In this document: in pieces, positions 52,601-60,626 of the stretch
How the letters are laid out: each line of letters opens with the position of its first letter
Position numbering within the stretch: the stretch's first letter is position 1
From: Bacteroidales bacterium
Lineage (GTDB): Bacteria > Bacteroidota > Bacteroidia > Bacteroidales > GCA-2748055
Direction: 5' to 3'
Assembly (NCBI GenBank): GCA_021738565.1
Contig: JAIPBT010000017.1
Coordinates: 15,950 to 79,949, forward strand
DNA length: 64,000 nucleotides
The notes under the pieces: generated by a model
Told to the model about the DNA's origin: nothing
The model's database searches: none
The model's input: only the letters and a program-made list of their open reading frames with translations
Position numbers and translations under genes: made by a program

Positions 52601-52962
52601 GAGATAATGAAACTTGAAACCCTTTGCTCATTGAGTCTTTTCAGGGTCTGTGTCCGGGTGATTATATTGGCTTCATCGGTCTGACTGTATTGTACCGATC
52701 GCTTGTAGGAAGATGGAAAAAAGAGCGTTCTGTCAGGAGTCTTTTCCAGGTTAACAAGGTCGGTATAAAAATATGCAGCATCCTCCTTGTCATGAAAAAG
52801 CGCAAGATGATTTCCCTTTGTTTCGGAAACCACAGCCTGGAAAAGTGTTGTAACGGATGATCCTGAAAGTCCTTTCAGATGAAGAACGGACCGGTTTTTT
52901 TCAGCGATCATGCGGACAATTTCACCTGTATGGGGGTGTGCGTTATAGGGATTCTGAAACAT
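49624..52962 (-). CDS. mfd: Transcription-repair coupling factor
   Basis: UvrB-like N-terminus, VHVDHGIG, GDVGFGKTEVA, DEEQ and QLRGRVGRS motifs. Confidence 0.97.
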   Translation of the reverse strand: MFQNPYNAHPHTGEIVRMIAEKNRSVLHLKGLSGSSVTTLFQAVVSETKGNHLALFHDKEDAAYFYTDLVNLEKTPDRTLFFPSSYKRSVQYSQTDEANIITRTQTLKRLNEQRVSSFIISYAEALLEKVLTRAELGRHTFEIKKGENISLDFLAEVMETYSFKPVEFVYEPGQYAIRGGIVDVFSYSSSRPYRIDLFGNEVDSIRTFDVESQRSENQLNRVSVIPNVQWEKELGEKRVSFLDYIPAGATIWTDDLEMILAQIEEVYTRTVIEKDLEGSLPKEELLVHASQIREKLANFTIIEFSRPHLFPPHRTLQFNTSSQPRFNKDFELFSKVLLENTETKGLTNYILSESKGQLERLTAIFSEINPEVKYNQVLTSLHQGFTDTDLDVAIYTDHQVFERYHKFRLHDRFNKKEALSIKELSGLNPGDYIVHVDHGIGKFGGLERISVNGRNQEAVRLVYKDNDVLFVNIHSLHKISKYKGKEGKEPKIYKLGTGAWQKLKQRTKSKVKDIAGELINLYAKRREQKGFSFTPDTYLQRELEASFMYEDTPDQVKATKDFKTGMEADFPMDRLVCGDVGFGKTEVAIRAAFKAVSDSKQVAVLVPTTLLAFQHYNTFKSRLNEFPCSVDYISRFRSTSDQKKIYNRLKDGTLDVIIGTHKLVSESIQFRDLGLLIIDEEQKFGVAVKEKLKKIKVNVDTLTLTATPIPRTLQFSLMGARDLSIINTPPPNRHPIITELHQFNEEIIREAIEYEVSRGGQVFFIHNRVQNIGEVKLLVDKLVPGIRSVVAHGQMDGRPLEKVMLEFMNGDHDVLIATSIIESGLDIPNTNTIVINNAHHFGLSDLHQLRGRVGRSNRKAFCYLFAPNITLLTPEARRRLKAIEEYSDLGSGFNIAMQDLDIRGAGNLLGAEQSGFIADIGFETYHKILNEAIREIREESYPDLLDDQKRGTESDDRKFIQDCHVDTDLELLLPESYVSSITERMNLYRELDDLNDHEALEDFRNMLTDRFGPLPPEAEALLQVVELRWIAMQTGVEKMVLKNNTLITYFVANPNSPFYRSPVFSRVIENVQKNPGLFRMRQENDRLSLRVNKISGISETIGIMKVLNHGDQ

Positions 52963-52997
52963 ATCTCTTTAAAACAGCATGCAAACTTAAAGAAAAA

Positions 52998-53103
52998 TAG
53001 TGTCAGAAAGAAAACTCATATTGTTTAGCTGTGCTTGATTAGAAAGCGAAAAGAGCATCCCGATAGCTATCGGGAAGCTATTGTCGTTTTCTTGTAAGCA
53101 CTA
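52998..53103. mobile_element. Short TA-flanked miniature element, copy 1
   Basis: TAGTGTCAGAAAGAAAAC ... GTTTTCTTGTAAGCACTA imperfect ends; first 60 nt match 63852-63911 at 57 of 60; central palindrome TCCCGATAGCTATCGGGA. Confidence 0.75.
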
Positions 53104-53115
53104 TATATTTGTTTT

Positions 53116-54093
53116 ATGGAAAAGTCTCAGTTCATAAAGCTCTGTAACTCCTGGGCAGGAGAAGGAAAAACTTTTCTCTTTGTAATCGATTATGAACTGA
53201 ATGATTTTTACATATCCCTGACAGGCGATATTGATGAACGCTATGTTATTTATGCAATACCCGGGTATCAAAATGCCGTGAAAGCAGATTCTGAGAGGGA
53301 AAGAAAAGATTTCACATTTGAGATGCATCCGGTAAATTACGAAAGGTACAGGGAAGCCTTTGAGCTTGTAAAAAGAAATATATTTCACGGAAATTCCTTC
53401 CTGCTCAACCTTACATTTCCCACAGGAATCACAACGGATCTTACGCTCCGGGAGATATTTGACCGCAGTACGGCGAAATACAGACTCTGTTTTATGGACC
53501 GGTTTGTAGTATTCTCCCCTGAAACATTTGTAAGAATAAGTGATGATGCGATTTCCTCCTATCCAATGAAGGGAACCATTGATGCGGCTTTACCGGATGC
53601 CGAAAGGATCCTTTTGAACAACCAAAAAGAGAGATGGGAACACAATACCATCGTGGACCTGATCAGGAACGATCTTTCCATGGTATCCAAAAACGTGTCG
53701 TTAAAAAAATTCCGGTATATTGACCGTATTTCCACCAACAGGAACCAATTGCTCCAGGTAAGTTCAGAGATCAGGGGTGAACTTGAACCGGGCTGGAAAC
53801 AACGCCTCGGGGATATCCTGCTGAAGATGCTTCCTGCAGGATCCATTTCCGGGGCCCCGAAAAAGAAGACTTTAGAGATAATTGCAGAGGCAGAAGGTGC
53901 CCCCAGGGGGTATTTTACAGGAATTTTTGGCATCTTTGACAGGAACAGGATGGACAGTGCAGTGATGATCCGCTACATTGAAAAAACAGATCGCGGCCTT
54001 CAGTTTCGGAGTGGGGGAGGAATAACGGGTCACAGCGATCCGCAATTGGAATACAAGGAAATGCTCGATAAAGTATATGTTCCCATTATTTGA
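53116..54093 (+). CDS. pabB: Aminodeoxychorismate synthase component I, short form
   Basis: SPETF, PMKGTI, EHNTIVDLIRNDL, PAGSISGAPK and SGGGIT motifs. Confidence 0.9.
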   Translation: MEKSQFIKLCNSWAGEGKTFLFVIDYELNDFYISLTGDIDERYVIYAIPGYQNAVKADSERERKDFTFEMHPVNYERYREAFELVKRNIFHGNSFLLNLTFPTGITTDLTLREIFDRSTAKYRLCFMDRFVVFSPETFVRISDDAISSYPMKGTIDAALPDAERILLNNQKERWEHNTIVDLIRNDLSMVSKNVSLKKFRYIDRISTNRNQLLQVSSEIRGELEPGWKQRLGDILLKMLPAGSISGAPKKKTLEIIAEAEGAPRGYFTGIFGIFDRNRMDSAVMIRYIEKTDRGLQFRSGGGITGHSDPQLEYKEMLDKVYVPII

Positions 54094-54676
54094 AACCATA
54101 AGGATAAGAGAGGGTGTTCCGCAGCATCTTGAGTGGCACCAAAAGCGGCTTGACCGTTCATTTCATCTCTTCTTTAAAATGAAGAGGGCCCCGGTGCTTG
54201 CAGAAGTGATTCGCGTTCCGGAAGAATACAGGCGGGGAACTGTCAAATGCAGGTTTTTTTATAACCGTGGGGCATATGAATCTGATTTCTCTCAGTACAC
54301 TCCACTCTCAGTCAATTTGCTTAAGGCAGTAAAATGTGATTATATCGATTATTCAATGAAATTTACCGATAGGTTTATACTGGAACAACTATTGGAAAAA
54401 CGGGAGGACTGTGATGACATACTTATAATAAAGCAAAGCGAAATTACAGACACGTCCTATTCCAACATTGCATTTTATGATGGCAGGGAATGGCTTACAC
54501 CTGCAAACCCGCTTCTGGAAGGAACGTGCAGGAGCAGGCTGCTGTATCAAAATAAAATAAGGGAAAAAGTTATCACTTTGAAGGACTTGCAGGGATTCAA
54601 TTCATTCAGGCTGATCAATGCCATGCTGGATTTTGATCAACAGGATCCCAGGCCCGTATCGAATATTATTCATTAA
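54077..54676 (+). CDS. pabC: Class IV aminotransferase-like aminodeoxychorismate lyase
   Basis: LFETI, HQKRL, TDTSYSN and LLEGTCR motifs; overlaps pabB. Confidence 0.8.
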   Translation: MFPLFETIRIREGVPQHLEWHQKRLDRSFHLFFKMKRAPVLAEVIRVPEEYRRGTVKCRFFYNRGAYESDFSQYTPLSVNLLKAVKCDYIDYSMKFTDRFILEQLLEKREDCDDILIIKQSEITDTSYSNIAFYDGREWLTPANPLLEGTCRSRLLYQNKIREKVITLKDLQGFNSFRLINAMLDFDQQDPRPVSNIIH

Positions 54677-54688
54677 AAACATACCACA

Positions 54689-55675
54689 ATGAAGAATTTT
54701 ATATTTCTGCTGGCTTTTGCCTCTGTTTTTTGCAGCTGCAGCCGGCTCGCAAATGAATCTGAAAAACGGATACCTGTGATCCTTGACACGGATGCAAACA
54801 ATGAACTGGATGACCAGCATGCAATCGCCTATATGCTGACAAACCAGGATGTTTTTGACATTGTTGGTATAACGGTCAATTCTACAAAAAACGGAGGACT
54901 GATCGATAATCATTATACAGAGGCGGTCAGGATTCTGACACTGTTCAACGAACAGGAAAATATCATTGTGAAGCGGGGAGCAGATGCTGCCTTCGACAGG
55001 ATCAGGGGCAGAATGGATTCGGGAGATTATGACGGGAAAGATGCCGTTGAATTCATTATTGAGAAAGCCAGGGATTTTAAAGACGGAAAACTCGTTTTGT
55101 CGCCCATTGGAAAGCTTACAAATATCGCTCTCGCCATCCAAAAGGCGCCTGACATCATGGACCGTGTGACGATCATCTGGCTGGGATCGAATTATCCGGA
55201 TCCCGGAGAATACAACCTGGTAAATGATACTGCTGCATTAAATTACATTCTGAACCAGGATGTTCATTTTGAGATGGTCACTGTAAGTTATGACCGTGAG
55301 ACAGGTACTACCGCTATCCGTGTTTCATTGCCTGAAATTGACTCTGTGATGCCTGGTAAAGGGCCTGTTATTGAGGGATTTATCACCGGTCGCCATGGCG
55401 GTACTTTCAATAATTTTGGAGATTATTCAGTAAACCTGTTTCATCATATTGACCTGTATGGAGACCCCCCTTCAAGGTCATTATTTGACGTAGGGGCGGT
55501 TGCAGTTTTGAAAAATCCGGGATGGGCAGAATCAAGAAAGATTCCTGCTCCTTACTATGATTCTGCAGGATGGGTCGATCAGCCGGACAATTACCGGGAG
55601 ATCATACTCTGGGAAAATTTTAACAGGGACAGCATTGTCAATGACCTGTATCGTTCTCTTCTGCAGACCGAATAA
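54689..55675 (+). CDS. Nucleoside hydrolase (IUNH family), predicted lipoprotein
   Basis: Signal peptide with VFCSC; ILDTDANNELDD, GKLTNIALA, EYN and LFD motifs. Confidence 0.85.
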   Translation: MKNFIFLLAFASVFCSCSRLANESEKRIPVILDTDANNELDDQHAIAYMLTNQDVFDIVGITVNSTKNGGLIDNHYTEAVRILTLFNEQENIIVKRGADAAFDRIRGRMDSGDYDGKDAVEFIIEKARDFKDGKLVLSPIGKLTNIALAIQKAPDIMDRVTIIWLGSNYPDPGEYNLVNDTAALNYILNQDVHFEMVTVSYDRETGTTAIRVSLPEIDSVMPGKGPVIEGFITGRHGGTFNNFGDYSVNLFHHIDLYGDPPSRSLFDVGAVAVLKNPGWAESRKIPAPYYDSAGWVDQPDNYREIILWENFNRDSIVNDLYRSLLQTE

Positions 55676-56678
55676 TATCATACACACCATTTACCCAGTT
55701 GTCGCTGGCATTCAGGCTTTGAGCCATGACGAAGTTTTTGCCTCCTGAGGCGATGAAAAGATCATGGTATTCCATCTCTATTTCTATGGTTGTTTCCAGA
55801 CAGTCTGCAACAAATGAGGCAGGTACCACAAGTATATTTTTGACCCCTGCTCTGGCGAGTTCAACAAGTCTTCTGTCAGTGAAGGGCTTCAGCCAGTTTT
55901 TTGACAGCCTCGACTGAAAGGAGGTTGAGTAATTGTTGACTGCAAGTTCCAATTTTCTGGCCATTATCCGGGTCGTTTCATAGCAGGATGCGCGATAGCA
56001 TTCTTTGCCGTGGTCGGGCATTATATCCGGACAGCTACAGGTGTGGACCGGTATCCCGGGGTGGCATTTTTGAACCTGTCGCAGGGGAAGTCCGTGGTAG
56101 GAGAACAAAACATGATCGAATGTCTTCAGATCGTAACGGACCAAATTCTGATGCCATGATTCGATAAATGCGAGGTGATCATAGAACTGATCGATAAACC
56201 TGACCGGACCTTTGTAACCAAGATCTTTTGTTTTTTCTGCAACCAGTTTTTTTACCGAACCCGTGGTGGAATCAGCAAACTGTGGGTATAACGGTAAAAT
56301 ACTTAGAGGACCAGGTTCGTTGCGCATGTATTCGTCAAGGAACTTTTCAAGCGAAGGTTCCCCGTATCTCATTAAGCCATGGATCTCCACATGACCGCCT
56401 GTTTTCTTCTCCAGTTTTTCAGCAAGTTGTTTCAAATGAAAAAGTAAAGGTGAACCTTCGGGTTTCCATAGCAAATGGTATTTTTTTGCAGATTGCGGAG
56501 CCCTGAAGGGTACGATGATGAAATTTACGAGTGCCATGCGGAGCAATGGCCGAATGTCGATCACAAGGGGATCATTCAGAAATTCCCGCAGGTATTTTCT
56601 GACCTCTTTTTTTGCCGGGGAAGCAGGGGTTCCGACATTTACAAGTATCCAGGTTTCCTTCTTATCGGTTTTTTTCAT
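55638..56678 (-). CDS. hemH: Ferrochelatase (protoporphyrin type) with Cys-rich insertion
   Basis: LVNVGTP, YLREFLND, LPLYPQF, FSYHGLP, FQSRL..WLKP and FVADCLET motifs. Confidence 0.95.
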   Translation of the reverse strand: MKKTDKKETWILVNVGTPASPAKKEVRKYLREFLNDPLVIDIRPLLRMALVNFIIVPFRAPQSAKKYHLLWKPEGSPLLFHLKQLAEKLEKKTGGHVEIHGLMRYGEPSLEKFLDEYMRNEPGPLSILPLYPQFADSTTGSVKKLVAEKTKDLGYKGPVRFIDQFYDHLAFIESWHQNLVRYDLKTFDHVLFSYHGLPLRQVQKCHPGIPVHTCSCPDIMPDHGKECYRASCYETTRIMARKLELAVNNYSTSFQSRLSKNWLKPFTDRRLVELARAGVKNILVVPASFVADCLETTIEIEMEYHDLFIASGGKNFVMAQSLNASDNWVNGVYDIIRSAEENDTGH

Positions 56679-58041
56679 TCAATATTTGTTGTGCAATCTC
56701 ATAACCCTGTTTTACCCGGTCAGCCATTCCAATGCCATCCCTGATGTTTCCTCCTAAGAAAAGCCCGGGATGCTCAGATTCAATTTTACTGATGGCTGAT
56801 AACCTTTCCCCGGAGGTTATGTCATACTGCGGAATGGCATGTTTGTATCGAAATATGTTCAATATATCCGGATTGCTGTTTTTTTGTCCAAGCATCTCAC
56901 TGATCTCATTTAAAACTGTTTTTTGAATTTCATCATCTTCCTTTTCAAACAATTCGGGGTGTTTTATCCCACCAAGGAATACTGATAAAACGGCACCTCC
57001 TTCCGGCGCCCTGTTATTGAATATCGACGAAGTGAATAACACGCCCAGTACCTTTCTTTTTTCTTTTGAAGGAACCAAACCTCCGAATGCATCAAGAGGG
57101 ATGCCGTTCCATTTCCTATAGCCTGCGACTACCTGTATCACTTTTGCATAGGGAAGTGTTTCCACCGGTTTCAGTTCATCTTCCTCTATGAATTTCAATA
57201 TACCTTTTAACTCTTTTGCACCCGTGGCAGTGACCAGGTATTTTGAATGCAGGCTGTATTCCCGGTTGTGGGCAGAAAAAGAAGTCACATAGTTTGTATC
57301 AGCATGATCAATTTTAATTTCAGAAGCATTCAGATAGATGTTTTCAGATCCCGTGACACCTGCCATGGCATCGGTAAGTTTCTGTAACCCGCCTTTTACG
57401 GAGAAAACCTCCCTGGTTGCTCTTTTTGTAAGTTCATCCTTTGGCTCTTTTCGTTTTTTTATGGATCCGCCTATAAAGCTTCCGTAATTTTGTTCCAACC
57501 GGTACAATTTCGGCAGCGCGTAGCGCGTAATCAACTGGTCCGGATATCCGGCATAGATCCCTGAAATAAAGGGATCAACTGCATAATCAAGGTAACTTTT
57601 TCCCATCCTCCTTTTTACAAGTCCTGCCACAGTTTCATCGGGATTCGTGCCCCTTTTCCTGAAGGGTTCTGCAAGGATCCGAAATTTGTCTTTGGGTGTA
57701 AACAAAGGGGTGCTTACAGCTGAAATCAATCCCGAAGGCAGGGCATGCCATTTACCACTCTTCCAAATCCATCGCTGCTTCCCTTTTTGATTGGCAAATT
57801 CAGGTATGGCAAGTCCGTCCAGGTCATCAAAAAGTCTTACAAGCTCAAATGTGGAGTATACCCCCGTATTGGGACCGGCCTCATAGATAAAACCATCTTT
57901 CCGTATGGTTTGAATAACACCGCCGGTTCTATCATTTTTCTCAAGTACGGCAATTTTTTTCCCGGCTTTCTTCAGGTAGAATGCTGCTGTTAGACCCGTT
58001 AAGCCGCTGCCAATTATAGTAATGTCAATATTGGTATTCAT
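56662..58041 (-). CDS. hemY: FAD-dependent protoporphyrinogen oxidase, HemY type
   Basis: IIGSGLTGL, GGVIQT, EAGPNT, SGIYAG, FGGLVP and AIPQY motifs. Confidence 0.92.
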   Translation of the reverse strand: MNTNIDITIIGSGLTGLTAAFYLKKAGKKIAVLEKNDRTGGVIQTIRKDGFIYEAGPNTGVYSTFELVRLFDDLDGLAIPEFANQKGKQRWIWKSGKWHALPSGLISAVSTPLFTPKDKFRILAEPFRKRGTNPDETVAGLVKRRMGKSYLDYAVDPFISGIYAGYPDQLITRYALPKLYRLEQNYGSFIGGSIKKRKEPKDELTKRATREVFSVKGGLQKLTDAMAGVTGSENIYLNASEIKIDHADTNYVTSFSAHNREYSLHSKYLVTATGAKELKGILKFIEEDELKPVETLPYAKVIQVVAGYRKWNGIPLDAFGGLVPSKEKRKVLGVLFTSSIFNNRAPEGGAVLSVFLGGIKHPELFEKEDDEIQKTVLNEISEMLGQKNSNPDILNIFRYKHAIPQYDITSGERLSAISKIESEHPGLFLGGNIRDGIGMADRVKQGYEIAQQILNEKNR

Positions 58042-58044
58042 TTT

Positions 58045-59430
58045 TCAAAGCGCTTTGGAATATTTGTTAACCTGTTCCTTGTACTCCGGGTCAAGAGATG
58101 CTGCAATATTTCTTATGAACATGGATCCCGTTTCTGTTATCAGAATTGATTCATCGTCATATTCAATGAGTCCATCCTGTTCAAACCCGGACAACAAATC
58201 CTGATCATAACGGATGACGTTTTTGAGCTTTTCCATGGCAATGTTCAAATTTTTTGTCATTGACGACCATTGTATTTTTTTATTGCACATGAGATGGGTG
58301 ATCACTTCTCGGGTTATGATCTGATCGTCAGTGACTTCAAGTCTCTTTTCAACCGGACTTCTGTTTCCAATTATTAAATTAATATATTTTTCAACCGATT
58401 TTGTATTCTGCAAATAGACCTTTTCAAGCTGGCTGATCGCTGAAACACCGAATGCATAAACCTGGCCCGTGTTCTGCCTGGTGCAATAACCCTGGAAATT
58501 TCTGTGCAGTTGATTGTTCTTCAATGCATTGTACAATTCATCATCTTTGCTGACGTAATGGTCAAGTCCGATGGGCTGGTAACCTTTTGAAGTCAGCACA
58601 TTGTATCCGGCAAGGAACATCTTCGTTTTCTCTTCGGCCCCTGGCAATCCCCTTTTTTCAAGAATTTGCTGGTGTTTTTTAAGCCACGGGACATGTGCAT
58701 AAGAGAAGGTTACCATCCTGTCGGGGTTCAAAGCTGCGGCCTGTTCCATGGTTTCAGTAAAACCGGCAACATCCTGTCCCGGAAGTCCATAAATAAAATC
58801 CAGGTTGATTGCAGCTTTACTGTTTTTATTCCGTACATAAGAAATAAGTTCATTCAGAGGCAGGGCGCTTGGTTCCCTGTTCACTCCGGCAAGCACATCG
58901 GTATTTAGATCCTGGATTCCAAAACTGAACCTGTTGAAGCCATGGGTTATTAAATGATCGATATAATCTTTGTCCAGGTATGCCGGATTGGTCTCTATCG
59001 CAATTTCTGCATCTAAGGCGAAATTAAATTTCTTTTTAAAAAACTCTACGATACCGGTGATCTTTTCGGAAGGGATGGAATTTGGAGTGCCACCTCCGAA
59101 GTGGACCTGAGTTACCAGTCGCTTCTTATCAATATGGTCGGACACCATTTCTATTTCGCACATCAGCGCACTGATGTATGCTTCAACTTCATTATTGCTT
59201 CTCAGGGTACAGGCATTGCATCCGCAGTAAAAACAAATTTTCCTGCAAAAGGGAATATGAACATACAATGCAATGTGACGCGGGTCCCAATTGTTTGACA
59301 TATCCACAAACATTGTATGATCCTTGTTCCCTGCCTGATCAATAAAATGGTTGGCGGGTGGATAACTGGTGTAACGCGGTACAGGTATGTTGTACTTTTC
59401 AAGTAGTATTACCGGTATATTCATATTCAT
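58045..59430 (-). CDS. hemN: Oxygen-independent coproporphyrinogen III dehydrogenase
   Basis: PRYTSYP, HIPFCRKICFYCGC, GGGTP and RNFQGY; these mark true HemN, not HemW. Confidence 0.95.
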   Translation of the reverse strand: MNMNIPVILLEKYNIPVPRYTSYPPANHFIDQAGNKDHTMFVDMSNNWDPRHIALYVHIPFCRKICFYCGCNACTLRSNNEVEAYISALMCEIEMVSDHIDKKRLVTQVHFGGGTPNSIPSEKITGIVEFFKKKFNFALDAEIAIETNPAYLDKDYIDHLITHGFNRFSFGIQDLNTDVLAGVNREPSALPLNELISYVRNKNSKAAINLDFIYGLPGQDVAGFTETMEQAAALNPDRMVTFSYAHVPWLKKHQQILEKRGLPGAEEKTKMFLAGYNVLTSKGYQPIGLDHYVSKDDELYNALKNNQLHRNFQGYCTRQNTGQVYAFGVSAISQLEKVYLQNTKSVEKYINLIIGNRSPVEKRLEVTDDQIITREVITHLMCNKKIQWSSMTKNLNIAMEKLKNVIRYDQDLLSGFEQDGLIEYDDESILITETGSMFIRNIAASLDPEYKEQVNKYSKAL

Positions 59431-60626
59431 TTCTTTTTTGGCATGGCATACAAAATAACAAACATAGTAACCAGTCCCAGCAAAGCTTCCAGTCCGAACA
59501 ATCCTCTGTAGCCCAGGGCATCAGCAATTTTTCCACTGGAAACAGCAATTGCAAGACTGCTGAGGTGTGTGATCACAATCTGTATTGTAAAATCTGTTCC
59601 TGCAGCACCCTGGCGTACCACGTCCATGGATGTTGTGTAAATAATTACAGACGAGGATCCATAAGTGGCCCAAACGAAACATATTCCAACATATATCAAT
59701 GTGAGTGCAGGAGATTGTATGCCAGACATCCACCAGAAATAAATTGCTGTTGAAATTCCCAGGGACGTCAGAAGGATCATTGCCTTGTTTCTGCCTGTCT
59801 GCCTGATTAGCAGACCGGCCAGGATGGCACTTATTGTGGCAACCGAGGTGCCAATGATGCCTGACATGAATCCTATTTGTTTGATATTGTATCCAAGGTC
59901 AACAAGATACGGTTTCAACATGGTGAGAACTCCTATGAAACCGGAGTAATAAAAGACCAGTATAAGGACGCGTTTGGGTATCCCGGGCATATTGAAGAAC
60001 CTTCCGATTTCACGAACTGATACCCGGTACCCCTCTTTCTTTTCAATGGTTCGATCTGTTTTATAGAACTGAAGGGGTATGATAGCAAACACAACAAACG
60101 CAGCCAGCATGAAGAGAAATACAGACCATCCGAAAAAACTGTATGCAATCAATAAAACACCGGTACCGATCAGGGCACCAACAAAACTTCCGGCCGTTTG
60201 CATACTGTTTCCAACCCCCCTTTCATTCTTCCTGAGGATCATGATAGCAAAAGCATCTGTCGCAATGTCCTGCGTTGCTGAGGCCGTAAAGGCCACAATC
60301 ATAAGAGCTACAATGAACTTGAAATCAGTCTGAAGGTTTAAAAATGCAATGCTGCAGATCACCACTGCATAAAACATTTCAGAAAGGACGATCCATCTTT
60401 TCAGGTCCTTTGAATTCCTTGATGAATTATCCACAAGGGGCGCCCAAAGGAATTTTATAATCCATGGCAGCTTCACCAGTTGTAACAGTCCGATAGATTC
60501 CAAAGAGTAATTTTCCTGGCGCATGATCACTGGCACCACCGTTGAAAAGAAGCTCATCGGAACAGACTGGGCGATATAGAGGCTAAAAAGTGTTGGAAAC
60601 TTGGTCCAGTTTTTTGATGCGGTCAT
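59427..60626 (-). CDS. MFS permease, AmpG/RhtX/FptX family
   Basis: SLYIAQSVP, LPWIIKFLWAPLVD, ASATQDIATDA and AGTDFTIQ motifs; about 12 TM segments. Confidence 0.88.
   Translation of the reverse strand: MTASKNWTKFPTLFSLYIAQSVPMSFFSTVVPVIMRQENYSLESIGLLQLVKLPWIIKFLWAPLVDNSSRNSKDLKRWIVLSEMFYAVVICSIAFLNLQTDFKFIVALMIVAFTASATQDIATDAFAIMILRKNERGVGNSMQTAGSFVGALIGTGVLLIAYSFFGWSVFLFMLAAFVVFAIIPLQFYKTDRTIEKKEGYRVSVREIGRFFNMPGIPKRVLILVFYYSGFIGVLTMLKPYLVDLGYNIKQIGFMSGIIGTSVATISAILAGLLIRQTGRNKAMILLTSLGISTAIYFWWMSGIQSPALTLIYVGICFVWATYGSSSVIIYTTSMDVVRQGAAGTDFTIQIVITHLSSLAIAVSSGKIADALGYRGLFGLEALLGLVTMFVILYAMPKKK

Noticed and set aside
58045..59430. HemN as a HemW chaperone or heme-degrading ChuW/HutW enzyme
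   Set aside because: It has the N-terminal PRYTSYP and RNFQGY motifs of true HemN and sits with hemY and hemH.
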